IMG/VR virus record: IMGVR_UViG_3300014695_000002 | Span: 1-64,000 of that record | Length of the DNA stretch: 64,000 bases | Strand: one strand, 5' to 3' | Source: a virus | Taxonomy: Duplodnaviria > Caudoviricetes | Part shown: positions 47,220 to 56,124 of the stretch, piece after piece | Position numbering within the stretch: the first letter of the stretch is position 1 | How the letters are laid out: each line of letters starts with the position of its first letter | Translations under genes and position numbers: made by a program | The notes under the pieces: model-generated | What the model was told of the DNA's origin: nothing | The model's database searches: none | The model's input: only the letters and a program-made list of their open reading frames with translations

Positions 47220-47402
47220 TCAGAGAGTCTTATAATAGCCTTTAGACTTTAGGAACTCATATGCTTCTGATAAAGCGCTATTCGATCCCTGTGAAAGCAC
47301 CAGTCTTTCAATCACTTCAAAAGCCTGATAAAGCTCTTTGTTATCTTGCATGAGCTTGCGATAGAGGTCAAATGAAATTTCTACCTTCTCTAAATTATTC
47401 AA
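47220..47402 (-). CDS. hypothetical protein
   Basis: GGAGG RBS, first gene after leftward promoter. Confidence 0.6.
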   Translation of the reverse strand: MNNLEKVEISFDLYRKLMQDNKELYQAFEVIERLVLSQGSNSALSEAYEFLKSKGYYKTL

Positions 47403-47433
47403 AGCGCACCTCCTCGTTTGGTTGATAGGACAT

Positions 47434-47461
47434 ACGATACCACAGATTTTCAGTGAGTCAA
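47434..47461 (-). promoter_or_regulatory. leftward sigma70-type promoter
   Basis: TTGACT-N16-TATCGT. Confidence 0.55.
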
Positions 47462-47505
47462 CAGGTGAGTGAAAATATTTTTAGAAAGATTTTTGGCGGA
47501 TGGGC

Positions 47506-47534
47506 TTGACATCACAGCTAGAGCATGAGATACT
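47506..47534 (+). promoter_or_regulatory. rightward sigma70 promoter driving non-coding RNA
   Basis: TTGACA-N17-GATACT. Confidence 0.75.
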
Positions 47535-47540
47535 TCTAAA

Positions 47541-47893
47541 GGTCAGAGAGAATCTGAATCGGCACTGATGGGGTATGCCTCTTGTTATAGGGAGGAGAGA
47601 CTTAGCGTCAGTTGCTTAAACCCCTACTACCGAGGCGATGGGATGGGGCGGGAGAAGCTTGAAGGTCGTTAAACTCCTGTATGGCCGTAGACTTTAGCAC
47701 AAGTAAAGACGATCCATCTGCCGAGGGTGCTACTTCGGGCAGATTACCACACACTCTATTGGTGTGTTCCTATCGAAATTGATAGGCTTGAATTCGGGAC
47801 GCTCAGTATAGTCTTGAAGAGAAGGTATGGGCTTTACTCTGGGGATTCAAGATTAATTTCTTGACCCTGGGGTAGGGCTTTTTATACCTTCTT
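47541..47893 (+). ncRNA. candidate ~350-nt structured ncRNA
   Basis: Begins right after promoter; multiple stems, possible pseudoknots, ends in a ~30-bp hairpin with at least 7 G-U pairs containing a U-tract. Confidence 0.6.
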
Positions 47894-47962
47894 GAAATCG
47901 AACTTTCAGTATAGTATAAAAGATATAAGAATTAATAGATAAATAAACATAGGAGTTAAGAT

Positions 47963-48157
47963 ATGAAATTAGAGATTAGATATGATTCTAATAGAAAGGA
48001 GTGGTTTTGTATGTTACCTGTAGACTATACCTCATGGCAAGCTTCAGGTGAGAGCCCCTTAGAAGCGTTTGAGATTTATCTGATTAAGGTTAATGGTTGT
48101 GCTGAAAAACATGAGATTGATTATAAGTGGTGTAAAGAAAGAGGACTGATCTGGTGA
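47963..48157 (+). CDS. hypothetical protein
   Basis: AGGAG RBS. Confidence 0.6.
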   Translation: MKLEIRYDSNRKEWFCMLPVDYTSWQASGESPLEAFEIYLIKVNGCAEKHEIDYKWCKERGLIW

Positions 48158-48351
48158 GAGATTATCTGATTATCGTGTTAGCTTTGGTGGCATTCATCCT
48201 GGTGTTTAACTCTATTAACGGTACAAGGGAAGAGAAGATTAATATGAAGCATATGCAAATGATGACTGAGCATTGCAAACAGCAGGGTGCAATTTATTAT
48301 AAAGAGCCTAGTAAGGATGGTATCTGTGTATTGCGAAGAGAGAAACCATGA
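48154..48351 (+). CDS. small membrane-anchored protein
   Basis: N-terminal TM; two Cys. Confidence 0.6.
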   Translation: MRDYLIIVLALVAFILVFNSINGTREEKINMKHMQMMTEHCKQQGAIYYKEPSKDGICVLRREKP

Positions 48352-48635
48352 GTTTGTTTAGTTGGTTCCAAGGAAAACCAAAACAAGTATATTGGTTCAT
48401 GGAGATGGAGAGTAGTAGCAGATTAACAACAGAAGATATTGCAGTTCTCAAAGAATTTCCTCTCTTTTCCGATTTTCAACAAGCTTTGCCCGGAAGACTA
48501 TTGATTAATATAAATAAGATTACGATAAAAGAGGCTGTAAGCTGGATGAGATTTAAAATGCTTTTCGGTAGATGGCCTTCTTGTCGAGAGGCCCGATTAA
48601 ATAGAGAATTCTTTAAATCAGGAGTAAAATTATGA
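48348..48635 (+). CDS. hypothetical protein
   Basis: ATGA overlaps. Confidence 0.55.
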   Translation: MSLFSWFQGKPKQVYWFMEMESSSRLTTEDIAVLKEFPLFSDFQQALPGRLLININKITIKEAVSWMRFKMLFGRWPSCREARLNREFFKSGVKL

Positions 48636-48841
48636 GTCGTTGTGCGTGCTGCCAGACTGTACTTACAGTCGGTGAAATGATGTTTGATCTTCCAGACGGA
48701 TCAATGAATGATATCTGCTGGTCGTGTCAAGGTGTTATTGATCATCCTGAGTGCTGTGAAGATCGTGAATACCAATTCGAGGATTATACGGAGGTTCCTT
48801 TCACATCAACTATTACAAAAGCTAAGAAAATTGCTTACTAA
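48632..48841 (+). CDS. zinc-finger protein
   Basis: RCACCQ..DICWSC. Confidence 0.7.
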   Translation: MSRCACCQTVLTVGEMMFDLPDGSMNDICWSCQGVIDHPECCEDREYQFEDYTEVPFTSTITKAKKIAY

Positions 48842-48931
48842 TATTGTAATTATTATTAAACAGGTGTATAATATATTGAATCCTGAGTCTCTGTTAGAGC
48901 GGAGGCTTTACCCTCTGATAGAGAATAATTT

Positions 48932-49273
48932 ATGTCAAACGATAAACCTAAGTCCAAAGGTGGCAGGCCAGTAGGTTCAACCAGCAACCTATCTTCCCGC
49001 CAGCGCAAGCTAAAGTCACTTCTACTCCAAGCATATGAACCTTTTGTCTCTGAGGCAATTGAGGTATGCTTGGAAGTGATGCGTGATAAGAATGAGAAAG
49101 GTCAGACTCGTATTGCTGCGGCACGTCATATCTCAGACCGTGCTTATGAGCTTGTCAACGAAATCCTTACTCCTGAGAAATCTGACAACAACTCAGAAGA
49201 CTCCGATGAGAAAGCTGAAGTGGTTGAAATGAAACCTCGCCTCTCTCTCACTGTAGCTCCAAAGAAAGACTGA
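48932..49273 (+). CDS. putative terminase small subunit
   Basis: KGGRPVGS N-terminus, helical core RIAAARHISDR, position at head of packaging region. Confidence 0.55.
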   Translation: MSNDKPKSKGGRPVGSTSNLSSRQRKLKSLLLQAYEPFVSEAIEVCLEVMRDKNEKGQTRIAAARHISDRAYELVNEILTPEKSDNNSEDSDEKAEVVEMKPRLSLTVAPKKD

Positions 49274-49352
49274 AACACGAATACACGCAAAGCCAAGTGA
49301 ACATAATTGTTCTGTAGTCTGGTTATTCTTTATATTTTAAAGGAAATAACTA

Positions 49353-50849
49353 ATGGCAACTCCTCTTGAAGTGTTGAAGTCAAAGGTTGGTATTCTTGCA
49401 GACCCTATTGCGGAATACGTTGCAGCTATCTTAGCTGATTATTCTGGTATTGTTGTTCCACCAGATGCAAGCTCTACTCCTGAACAACCTCCTGTTATTA
49501 CTCCGCCAGTAGAAGTGTCAGGTATCATTCTTGAAGTTGTCTCAAATGATCCTTATGGTAAAGTTCGTATTGTATCAGACAAGCAAATCAAGAAGGGTGG
49601 TAAGGTTAGAATTAACGTAACAGGTCAAGCATTTAATGTTGTTGGTGTGAATGCAGATAGCTCAGTGATTGACCTTGATCAGAAGATCGGCAACCCACAA
49701 GCTGCCTTGAACAGTGGCTACACTGTCATCCTTCCTATCACTGTTCCCCCTGTTGTCACACCTAATCCTGACGCAAGCTCAACTGTCCCTGATGGAAGTG
49801 GTGATTTATCTTACATGCGTAAGAAGGGCCGTATCTTTATCAACCTTGGTATGGGTGCTGGTGCTGACCACGTTCTTCCTGGCAAAGAGGGGACTAACTA
49901 CACCTTCCTAACCGAACCAGAGATTAAGCGTGCAGTAGGTTATGGCTTCAAGCAGTTCCGTGTCGGTTTTATCATGGGACGTGTTTATAAGCGAGCTAAT
50001 AGCCTTGACATGTATCGTGGTATTGATCCAAACGATACCACTCGCAAATACACGCTTGACACGATTATTGATCGGTTGAAGATTTGCAATAAGTACAATA
50101 CCAAGGTTTTGCTTGACAACCATGTCTATGCTTTCTGGCCTTCCAATGGCGCTCCTAACAAGGTAGAGCTTGGGACTTCTGGCTACACGGCTGAAATGCT
50201 TGCCAATCATTGGTATGGTATCATTCAGGAGCTTAAGAAAGACCCTGAAGCTTGGAACGCTGTGTATGGTTTTGATATTGTCAACGAGCCTTACACTTTA
50301 AGTGATGCTACTTGGTCTAAGTGTGTTCAAGCAGTAATCGACAAGTGTGCTTCTATCTCAGAAGATAAAATCTTTGTTATTGAAGGTATCAGTTATAGCT
50401 CAACCCGTAATTGGGTAGCCAATAATCCTTCACTTTCCAAGATTACCCATCCTCGTGGTAAAGCTTTCCTTGAGTTCTCTGGTCACTTGTATCTTGATGC
50501 CGGTGCTTCAGGTTATTACAGCGGAGATGTCCTTTCTCAGACTGATATTAATAACGGCATCACTTTTGAGACTGTTGGTACTGCACGTCTTGCAGGATTC
50601 AAGAAATGGAAGGATGACAACAAGGTAAATGCCAGCATTGGTGAAAACCTTGTAACCGGGACCTTGACTAATCTGATGAAGGGTGAAAGAAACCTTCTTG
50701 AAGATTGTATCAACAGTGGGATTGACGTTTACCTGTTTGGTATGGGTGACGGATTCGGCTCAGGTAACGCACATAATATTGAACTAAAGACTAGCTCAAT
50801 CGACAACACCAACATGCTTAATCTCGCAATTGAGATGGCTAAAAAATAA
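49353..50849 (+). CDS. glycoside hydrolase family 5 (cellulase-like) with Pro/Thr linkers
   Basis: LDNHVY, FDIVNEP (acid/base), GHLYLD, IGEN (nucleophile); PDASST linker twice. Confidence 0.85.
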   Translation: MATPLEVLKSKVGILADPIAEYVAAILADYSGIVVPPDASSTPEQPPVITPPVEVSGIILEVVSNDPYGKVRIVSDKQIKKGGKVRINVTGQAFNVVGVNADSSVIDLDQKIGNPQAALNSGYTVILPITVPPVVTPNPDASSTVPDGSGDLSYMRKKGRIFINLGMGAGADHVLPGKEGTNYTFLTEPEIKRAVGYGFKQFRVGFIMGRVYKRANSLDMYRGIDPNDTTRKYTLDTIIDRLKICNKYNTKVLLDNHVYAFWPSNGAPNKVELGTSGYTAEMLANHWYGIIQELKKDPEAWNAVYGFDIVNEPYTLSDATWSKCVQAVIDKCASISEDKIFVIEGISYSSTRNWVANNPSLSKITHPRGKAFLEFSGHLYLDAGASGYYSGDVLSQTDINNGITFETVGTARLAGFKKWKDDNKVNASIGENLVTGTLTNLMKGERNLLEDCINSGIDVYLFGMGDGFGSGNAHNIELKTSSIDNTNMLNLAIEMAKK

Positions 50850-50864
50850 TCATAAAGGTGCTTC

Positions 50865-52214
50865 ATGACAGAACGGGAATTGGCTAAGGTAATTAGCCGC
50901 ATTGGTTTACGTGGAGCACTGCTTTCTGGTGCTTTTGAGGATACGGTTGGGCAGGATATTAACACTGCCGTAGCTAATGTTCCCGTATACCAACCACTCA
51001 AAAGCGTAGGTTATAATCGTAACGTTGCAATGTTTGGCGACAGTCGTTGTTTCCTCTCCCACTTTGTTAGTGGAAACAACAAGTTCTTTAAAGGCTGGGG
51101 TATCGCCACTTGGGCTCAGACTTACTCTGAGGGTGAAGCAAGTTTCCCTCCAGCCCTGAACTTTGGCGTAGCAGGCGATACCACTAACCAGATGCTAGCT
51201 CGTATTGACACCGCTATTAAAGGTATTGTTGACGCCTCAGCTAACATTGTTGTGATCTTTGCCGGAACGAACGACGTCCCTACTTCCGATATTCCCCTTG
51301 AGCTAACCAAGCAGAATATTCGTGGGATGATTCGTAAGTTTATGGCTAAGGGTATTCTGCCTGTCTTTATGGGTGAGACCCCTCGTGGCCAAGGTTCCTA
51401 TGATCTAGGAAGTCAAGCTAAACGAGATCAACTAAAAGCAATTAGTGATTTTTATCAGAATGAGGTTAGCCTTACTTGTCCTGTTATCAATGCTTGGGAC
51501 TTGTGGGTTGATCCTGCCAGCGGAAGCAATTACTTCCCAAAAGCTGGAATGACTCGTGATGAGATTCACCCGTCAATTGTAGGTGCTCAGGTCATTGGTA
51601 AACCTCTTGGTGAATTGCTTAAGAAATACATTAGCATGTCAAGCTATGAGCTTTACAACAATGCTGTTTACAACTCAGCATCTAATGTGTTTGGTAGCTT
51701 CTCACCTAACCCTCTGTTCCAAGGGACTCCAAGCAACGGTCTTGCTCCAAGCTGGCAACCAAGTCATAGTAACAATGCTGGCTTGACTATTGTCCAGACA
51801 ACCGAAACTGATGCAAGTGGTGTTGTTTGGCAGGCAGCTACTGTTACTGGAACATCTGGTTCTACTTCACCAGAACTCACTTGGTATTCTAACGCAGATA
51901 TTAGCAAGATGGTTGTTGGACAAAGCTACAAGGCTGTTGGTAAGTTTAAGTCTCAAGGCACTGGCTGTATTGGTGTAGGCCTGGCTATTCTTCAGACTCC
52001 TAACTACTATCAGCTTCTTGATGGTGATGCTCCAGACGTTAGCCTTTCTTGGCCTACCTATCCAGTTGGTGGTACTAAAGAAAGTCCAGCTTATGTGCAT
52101 ACTTCTACTACCAATGGTGCTCTGACTCGCTGGATCGTTAACATTGCTCCAAGTGCTACTGTAAACTTCACTGTCAAGTTCGCTAAGACTGGCATTGTCA
52201 AAATCGACGTCTGA
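50865..52214 (+). CDS. SGNH/GDSL esterase with C-terminal beta-sandwich
   Basis: Blocks FGDS, NFGVAGDTT, AGTND, DEIHPS. Confidence 0.88.
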   Translation: MTERELAKVISRIGLRGALLSGAFEDTVGQDINTAVANVPVYQPLKSVGYNRNVAMFGDSRCFLSHFVSGNNKFFKGWGIATWAQTYSEGEASFPPALNFGVAGDTTNQMLARIDTAIKGIVDASANIVVIFAGTNDVPTSDIPLELTKQNIRGMIRKFMAKGILPVFMGETPRGQGSYDLGSQAKRDQLKAISDFYQNEVSLTCPVINAWDLWVDPASGSNYFPKAGMTRDEIHPSIVGAQVIGKPLGELLKKYISMSSYELYNNAVYNSASNVFGSFSPNPLFQGTPSNGLAPSWQPSHSNNAGLTIVQTTETDASGVVWQAATVTGTSGSTSPELTWYSNADISKMVVGQSYKAVGKFKSQGTGCIGVGLAILQTPNYYQLLDGDAPDVSLSWPTYPVGGTKESPAYVHTSTTNGALTRWIVNIAPSATVNFTVKFAKTGIVKIDV

Positions 52215-52222
52215 GGTGGCTG

Positions 52223-52756
52223 ATGGATAAAGTAGCTTTAGTATCCAGAGTTGGTTTAGTCGGAGCTTTGCAAGCCGGTGCTTTTGATGCGTCAGGACAC
52301 TCAAATCCTGTCGTTAGTAAAGCATCTGAACTTGTTAACGATGTAGGCTTCATTACTCAAGCAGATGTCTCTACTGTAACCAAAACCTCTCAGCTACAAA
52401 ACGACAGCGGATTTACCAACAATGCTTTCGTTATGCTGTATCCTAATGGAACTGAAGCTGCTCCAGCTACTTTGACAAAAGGTCAGCGTATTGAAATACC
52501 TTCACCATTTCCTTCTGGTAGTCAATTCTGGCCTATTCTTGAATTGAAGATCAATGGGATGTGGTCAGATGTTGGCTATATTTATGCTTCTGGTGGCTAC
52601 GGGTGTGTAGCACGCCAGTTCGGCGATCTTATCGTAGTTATGTCTGGCAGTGCTGCTATCGCTACCACTCCGTATAATACTCTGAATCCAAACACGACTT
52701 ATAGTGGTAACTTAGACAACCTTCCTTATCGAGTCAAGGTAATTAGGTTGTTTTAA
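52223..52756 (+). CDS. fibre-like virion appendage protein
   Basis: N-terminal motif shared with the SGNH protein; SELVNDVGF/SQLQNDSGF repeats; LYPNGTEAAPA..YRVKVIR tip. Confidence 0.65.
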   Translation: MDKVALVSRVGLVGALQAGAFDASGHSNPVVSKASELVNDVGFITQADVSTVTKTSQLQNDSGFTNNAFVMLYPNGTEAAPATLTKGQRIEIPSPFPSGSQFWPILELKINGMWSDVGYIYASGGYGCVARQFGDLIVVMSGSAAIATTPYNTLNPNTTYSGNLDNLPYRVKVIRLF

Positions 52757-52917
52757 AGAATTGCGGGTTTTCTCTCCTCCTTATCCCGCAACGCTTGCCA
52801 CGTAATGGCAGGTCTGGCTCACCCACGAGCCTTCTTTTCAGATAGCATTCAGAAAGTGTTATGCGGAAAGGGAAAATCCTATAAGAGAGATGGACCTCCA
52901 ATAAAGAGGCAACACAA

Positions 52918-53085
52918 ATGATTAATCTAATTCTAATCTTTCTACTGGTTGCTCTACTAGCCCCTCTTTTGGGTCTTGGTGCTCTTGCTGGCACTGCTCT
53001 TACTTTTGTTAAAATCTTGTTTGTTGTTCTTCTCGTTCTCATCATCGTAAACTACGCTGGTCCGAACGGAAGACGTTGGTGGTAA
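52918..53085 (+). CDS. DUF1328/UPF0391 (YtjA-like) small membrane protein, 55 aa
   Basis: Hand-translated MINLILIFLLVALLAPLLGLGALAGTALTFVKILFVV..; GAGG RBS; not in ORF track. Confidence 0.75.
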   Translation: MINLILIFLLVALLAPLLGLGALAGTALTFVKILFVVLLVLIIVNYAGPNGRRWW

Positions 53086-53400
53086 TGTGAACAAGCTTCC
53101 CCTAGTGGAGAAATTTAAGCGTTCTAAAGCTTACTATCATTTCTGTATGTTTAAGTTAAAACTAATCTGTTTGCTTCGTAAAGCAGAAGCTAAAATCAAG
53201 CAGAGAAGTAAAGGTTAGCGCAATGCTACCCAGTGGAGAGGCAGGCAGAATGGCCTTGCGAGAAGACAACATAGGCAGCGTGGTTAGTCTTCACCAATTT
53301 TTGTACATACACTTTAAACCTTCCCTTTAGCTAGCACGGAAGCGAATTTGAAGTGTAGCTTTAGCACTATAAATATATAAGCACCTGAGTTCAAATAATT
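53086..53400 (+). ncRNA. candidate structured RNA(s) with tRNA-like relics
   Basis: Several G-U-containing stems; GAAGAC/GUCUUC-ACCA end; GUUCAAAU loop. Confidence 0.35.
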
Positions 53401-53417
53401 ATTAAAGGTGTTTTATC

Positions 53418-53711
53418 ATGGCGGATACGCTTAATGATGTCACAATGCAAGCTAACACTTATGTTGACTTGTACAGTCTGACAGGTATTGCCCCAGGTAC
53501 AAGTTTAATCATCAACAATAAGAGTTCTGCTGTTGTGTTCCTTCAAGTGAGAGCATCACAGCCAAGCTCAGCTTCAAATGACGGATGGCCTCTTCGTAGC
53601 TCTCCTGCTCCTGACACTTGGGTGACTCTTACAGATGTTCCTGTTGGCAGTAGAGTATGGGCAAAAGGTACGGCTGCTGGACGACTTTTTGTCCAAGTCT
53701 ACGAGGAGTAA
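53418..53711 (+). CDS. small beta-rich putative virion protein
   Basis: AAGGTG RBS; beta-strand pattern; precedes fibre gene. Confidence 0.65.
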   Translation: MADTLNDVTMQANTYVDLYSLTGIAPGTSLIINNKSSAVVFLQVRASQPSSASNDGWPLRSSPAPDTWVTLTDVPVGSRVWAKGTAAGRLFVQVYEE

Positions 53712-53714
53712 GCT

Positions 53715-55940
53715 ATGTTTATTCCTGATAAGTCAAAAGTAAATATTATCGATGCTTCTGGAATGACAGCCGATTGGCCTATTCAGCAGCTTCCTTATAA
53801 AGCTTCAGATGGTACAATTAAAGGTTCTGGTCTTAGGATTCTAACCAGTGGTACAGTGCTCGCTCCTGTAGGCTTTGCTGTAGAATCTGGCTCTGTTGAC
53901 TTTGGTGATGTGCTAAGACTCTCTGAGTCTGCTGGTTTTCTAGCTTTTGAAAACATGGTAGATAAAAGTAAATATCAACTTCTAGATTATGCAGTCCCTC
54001 GTGATGCGGCATCCTCTAAACCATTTTACTTTAAACTTGCCGGACCTGAAGTGAGATTTGAAGCGAATAAATCTTCTGCTTCAGTTATCAAGACTAACCC
54101 CCTTAGCTGGGAATATACCACTAAGCTCACTGCTCGTACCAATGCTCTTATCTTCAATGCAGCAGAGAAGATGAACAATGTTCGTCTACGGATTACTGAT
54201 AAGAAGAGCGGGGTAGCAATCAAGTATTATCCATCTAAGTCGGCTTGGGTAGATGGTTCTGGTGGTACTATTCTTGATGTGGGCGAAAACAACCTAGACT
54301 TCCAAGATACTGCGGTAATTTTCTCTGCCAACACTGATATTATTTTTGATATTCAAGCTGATAATATTGCTTTGGTTGGTGGTACTATCCCTTGGTTTGC
54401 AGGATTGGTTCAGCAGGGAAGTTTTGTTGGCGTAGCGGATGTTTTTGACGTATCTGCATTGCAAGATCAAATCAATAAGCAGAAGGCATCTTTCAACGGT
54501 GATTATAGCGCCCTTACAGGCGTTCCTACGAGCTTTCCGCCTTCTCCCCATACGCATGTAGTGGATGACATTACCGACCTTCCTAGCAAGCTTACAGAGC
54601 TTTCTAGCGCTATATCTCAAAACACTCAAAGCCTGAATGGATTGGCTAAGGTTGCAACGACTGCAAGCTACACTGATCTTGTAAATCAACCCTTTATTCC
54701 AACCGCTACAAGTCAGATTGAGAATAATAGCGGATACATTACGATCCAACATACTCATCCAATAAGTGACGTTGTTGGTTTGCAAGATGCTTTAAACTCT
54801 AAAGCTGGAAGTAATGAGTCTATTCCCGTCTCTCGTGTGACAGGTTTAGCTACAGTTGCGACTAGTGGAAGCTACAATGATCTTAGCAACAAGCCAACTA
54901 TTCCAACCAATGTAAGTCAGCTTGCAAATGATAGTGGTTATATTACTGCTGCTCAAGTGCCTCAGCAGACAGTAACTTGGGCAAGTATTACAGGTAAACC
55001 AGTAACATTTACACCTTCTGCTCACCAGCATCCTATTAGTGATATAACTGGTTTGCAGAACACGCTAAATGCAAAAATAGATGCTTCTACTCAGATTAGC
55101 TACAACAATCTGACAGATAAGCCTAATCTATTTTCTGGCAATTATAACGATCTGATCAATAAGCCAACGTTGTTTTCTGGTAGCTATGCAGACCTTATCA
55201 ATAAACCTGTTTATGCCACTGTAGCAACTACTGGCAGTTATAATGACCTCTTGAACAAACCTGTAATTCCTACAGTTAACTATCCCGTGACTTCTGTTGC
55301 TGGTAAGACTGGTGCTGTGACTTTGGTTGCGGGTGACATTAGTGGTCTAGCTTCTGTAGCAACTACTGGAATGTATTCGAGTCTTTCTGGATTGCCTACT
55401 ATCCCTGCTGCTCAGGTTAACAGTGATTGGAATGCAACAAGTGGTGTTGCTCAGATTCTAAATAAACCAAGCCTTTTCAGTGGTTCTTGGACTGATCTGA
55501 CAAACAAGCCCACTACATTTACTCCGTCTGCGCATCAACACCCCATCAGTGATATTACCAATCTTCAAACAACGCTTGACACTAAAATTACTGCTGCAAG
55601 TTTACCGATAACAAGGCGTGCAGACAATAGCTTAGTGTCTCGCACAAAGGTTAAGTACTACAAAGTCACAAGCGACAGCACAAGCTCTATTTGGACTGTT
55701 AATCTGGGAAGTGATTTCAGCGAGATTCTAGATATTCAAGTTCAGGCAGAGTCAGTTAGTACCCTTCTAGGTGGCATTAGACAGGTAAGTATAAATAGTT
55801 GGACTTCTACCTCAACGACTATAACGGGTATGACTTTTGGTTCAAACACCATCACTACAATTCTTATTGGCGGCTCTCAGGGTCTAGCTTTAGTCCCAGG
55901 AACAGTTGTCCGTTGTCGAGTTGAAGGCGTAGGCGGTTGA
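53715..55940 (+). CDS. long fibre protein with HxH-type (phage tail repeat-like) repeats
   Basis: Repeats PSAHQHPISDI..LQ, HTHPISDV, ATVATSGSY.DL..KP, SQL.NDSGYIT. Confidence 0.8.
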   Translation: MFIPDKSKVNIIDASGMTADWPIQQLPYKASDGTIKGSGLRILTSGTVLAPVGFAVESGSVDFGDVLRLSESAGFLAFENMVDKSKYQLLDYAVPRDAASSKPFYFKLAGPEVRFEANKSSASVIKTNPLSWEYTTKLTARTNALIFNAAEKMNNVRLRITDKKSGVAIKYYPSKSAWVDGSGGTILDVGENNLDFQDTAVIFSANTDIIFDIQADNIALVGGTIPWFAGLVQQGSFVGVADVFDVSALQDQINKQKASFNGDYSALTGVPTSFPPSPHTHVVDDITDLPSKLTELSSAISQNTQSLNGLAKVATTASYTDLVNQPFIPTATSQIENNSGYITIQHTHPISDVVGLQDALNSKAGSNESIPVSRVTGLATVATSGSYNDLSNKPTIPTNVSQLANDSGYITAAQVPQQTVTWASITGKPVTFTPSAHQHPISDITGLQNTLNAKIDASTQISYNNLTDKPNLFSGNYNDLINKPTLFSGSYADLINKPVYATVATTGSYNDLLNKPVIPTVNYPVTSVAGKTGAVTLVAGDISGLASVATTGMYSSLSGLPTIPAAQVNSDWNATSGVAQILNKPSLFSGSWTDLTNKPTTFTPSAHQHPISDITNLQTTLDTKITAASLPITRRADNSLVSRTKVKYYKVTSDSTSSIWTVNLGSDFSEILDIQVQAESVSTLLGGIRQVSINSWTSTSTTITGMTFGSNTITTILIGGSQGLALVPGTVVRCRVEGVGG

Positions 55941-55964
55941 CAAGTACATTTTATCTGCTATAAT
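55937..55964 (+). promoter_or_regulatory. consensus sigma70 promoter
   Basis: TTGACA-N16-TATAAT with TG just upstream of -10. Confidence 0.75.
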
Positions 55965-55969
55965 TGTTT

Positions 55970-56120
55970 ACGCGTGGTCCCGGCGATACGGGACAACCAA
56001 AGACTGCGCAACGGTCTGAAAAACGTGTAACAGGTAAGACTTCTACAGCAAATCACTCTTTTAAGAGGGTTTGTTATGCGTCCCCTGTTGCGACTTAACT
56101 GGGTGATTTGACTATAGAGG
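55970..56120 (+). ncRNA. structured 5' RNA segment upstream of endonuclease
   Basis: GUCCC/GGGAC, AGACUG/CGGUCU, CAAAUCAC/GUGAUUUG stems. Confidence 0.45.
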
Positions 56121-56124
56121 TTTT

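Noticed and set aside
643-47595. CCTCTTGTTA shared by the terminator at 643, the ncRNA at 47578 and, in part, the 32429 terminator loop
   Set aside because: A 9-10 nt match is expected by chance in 64 kb
47600-47630. AGUUGCUUAA/CCCU similarity to a pistol ribozyme
   Set aside because: The pistol P1/pseudoknot order and cleavage-site elements could not be reconstructed
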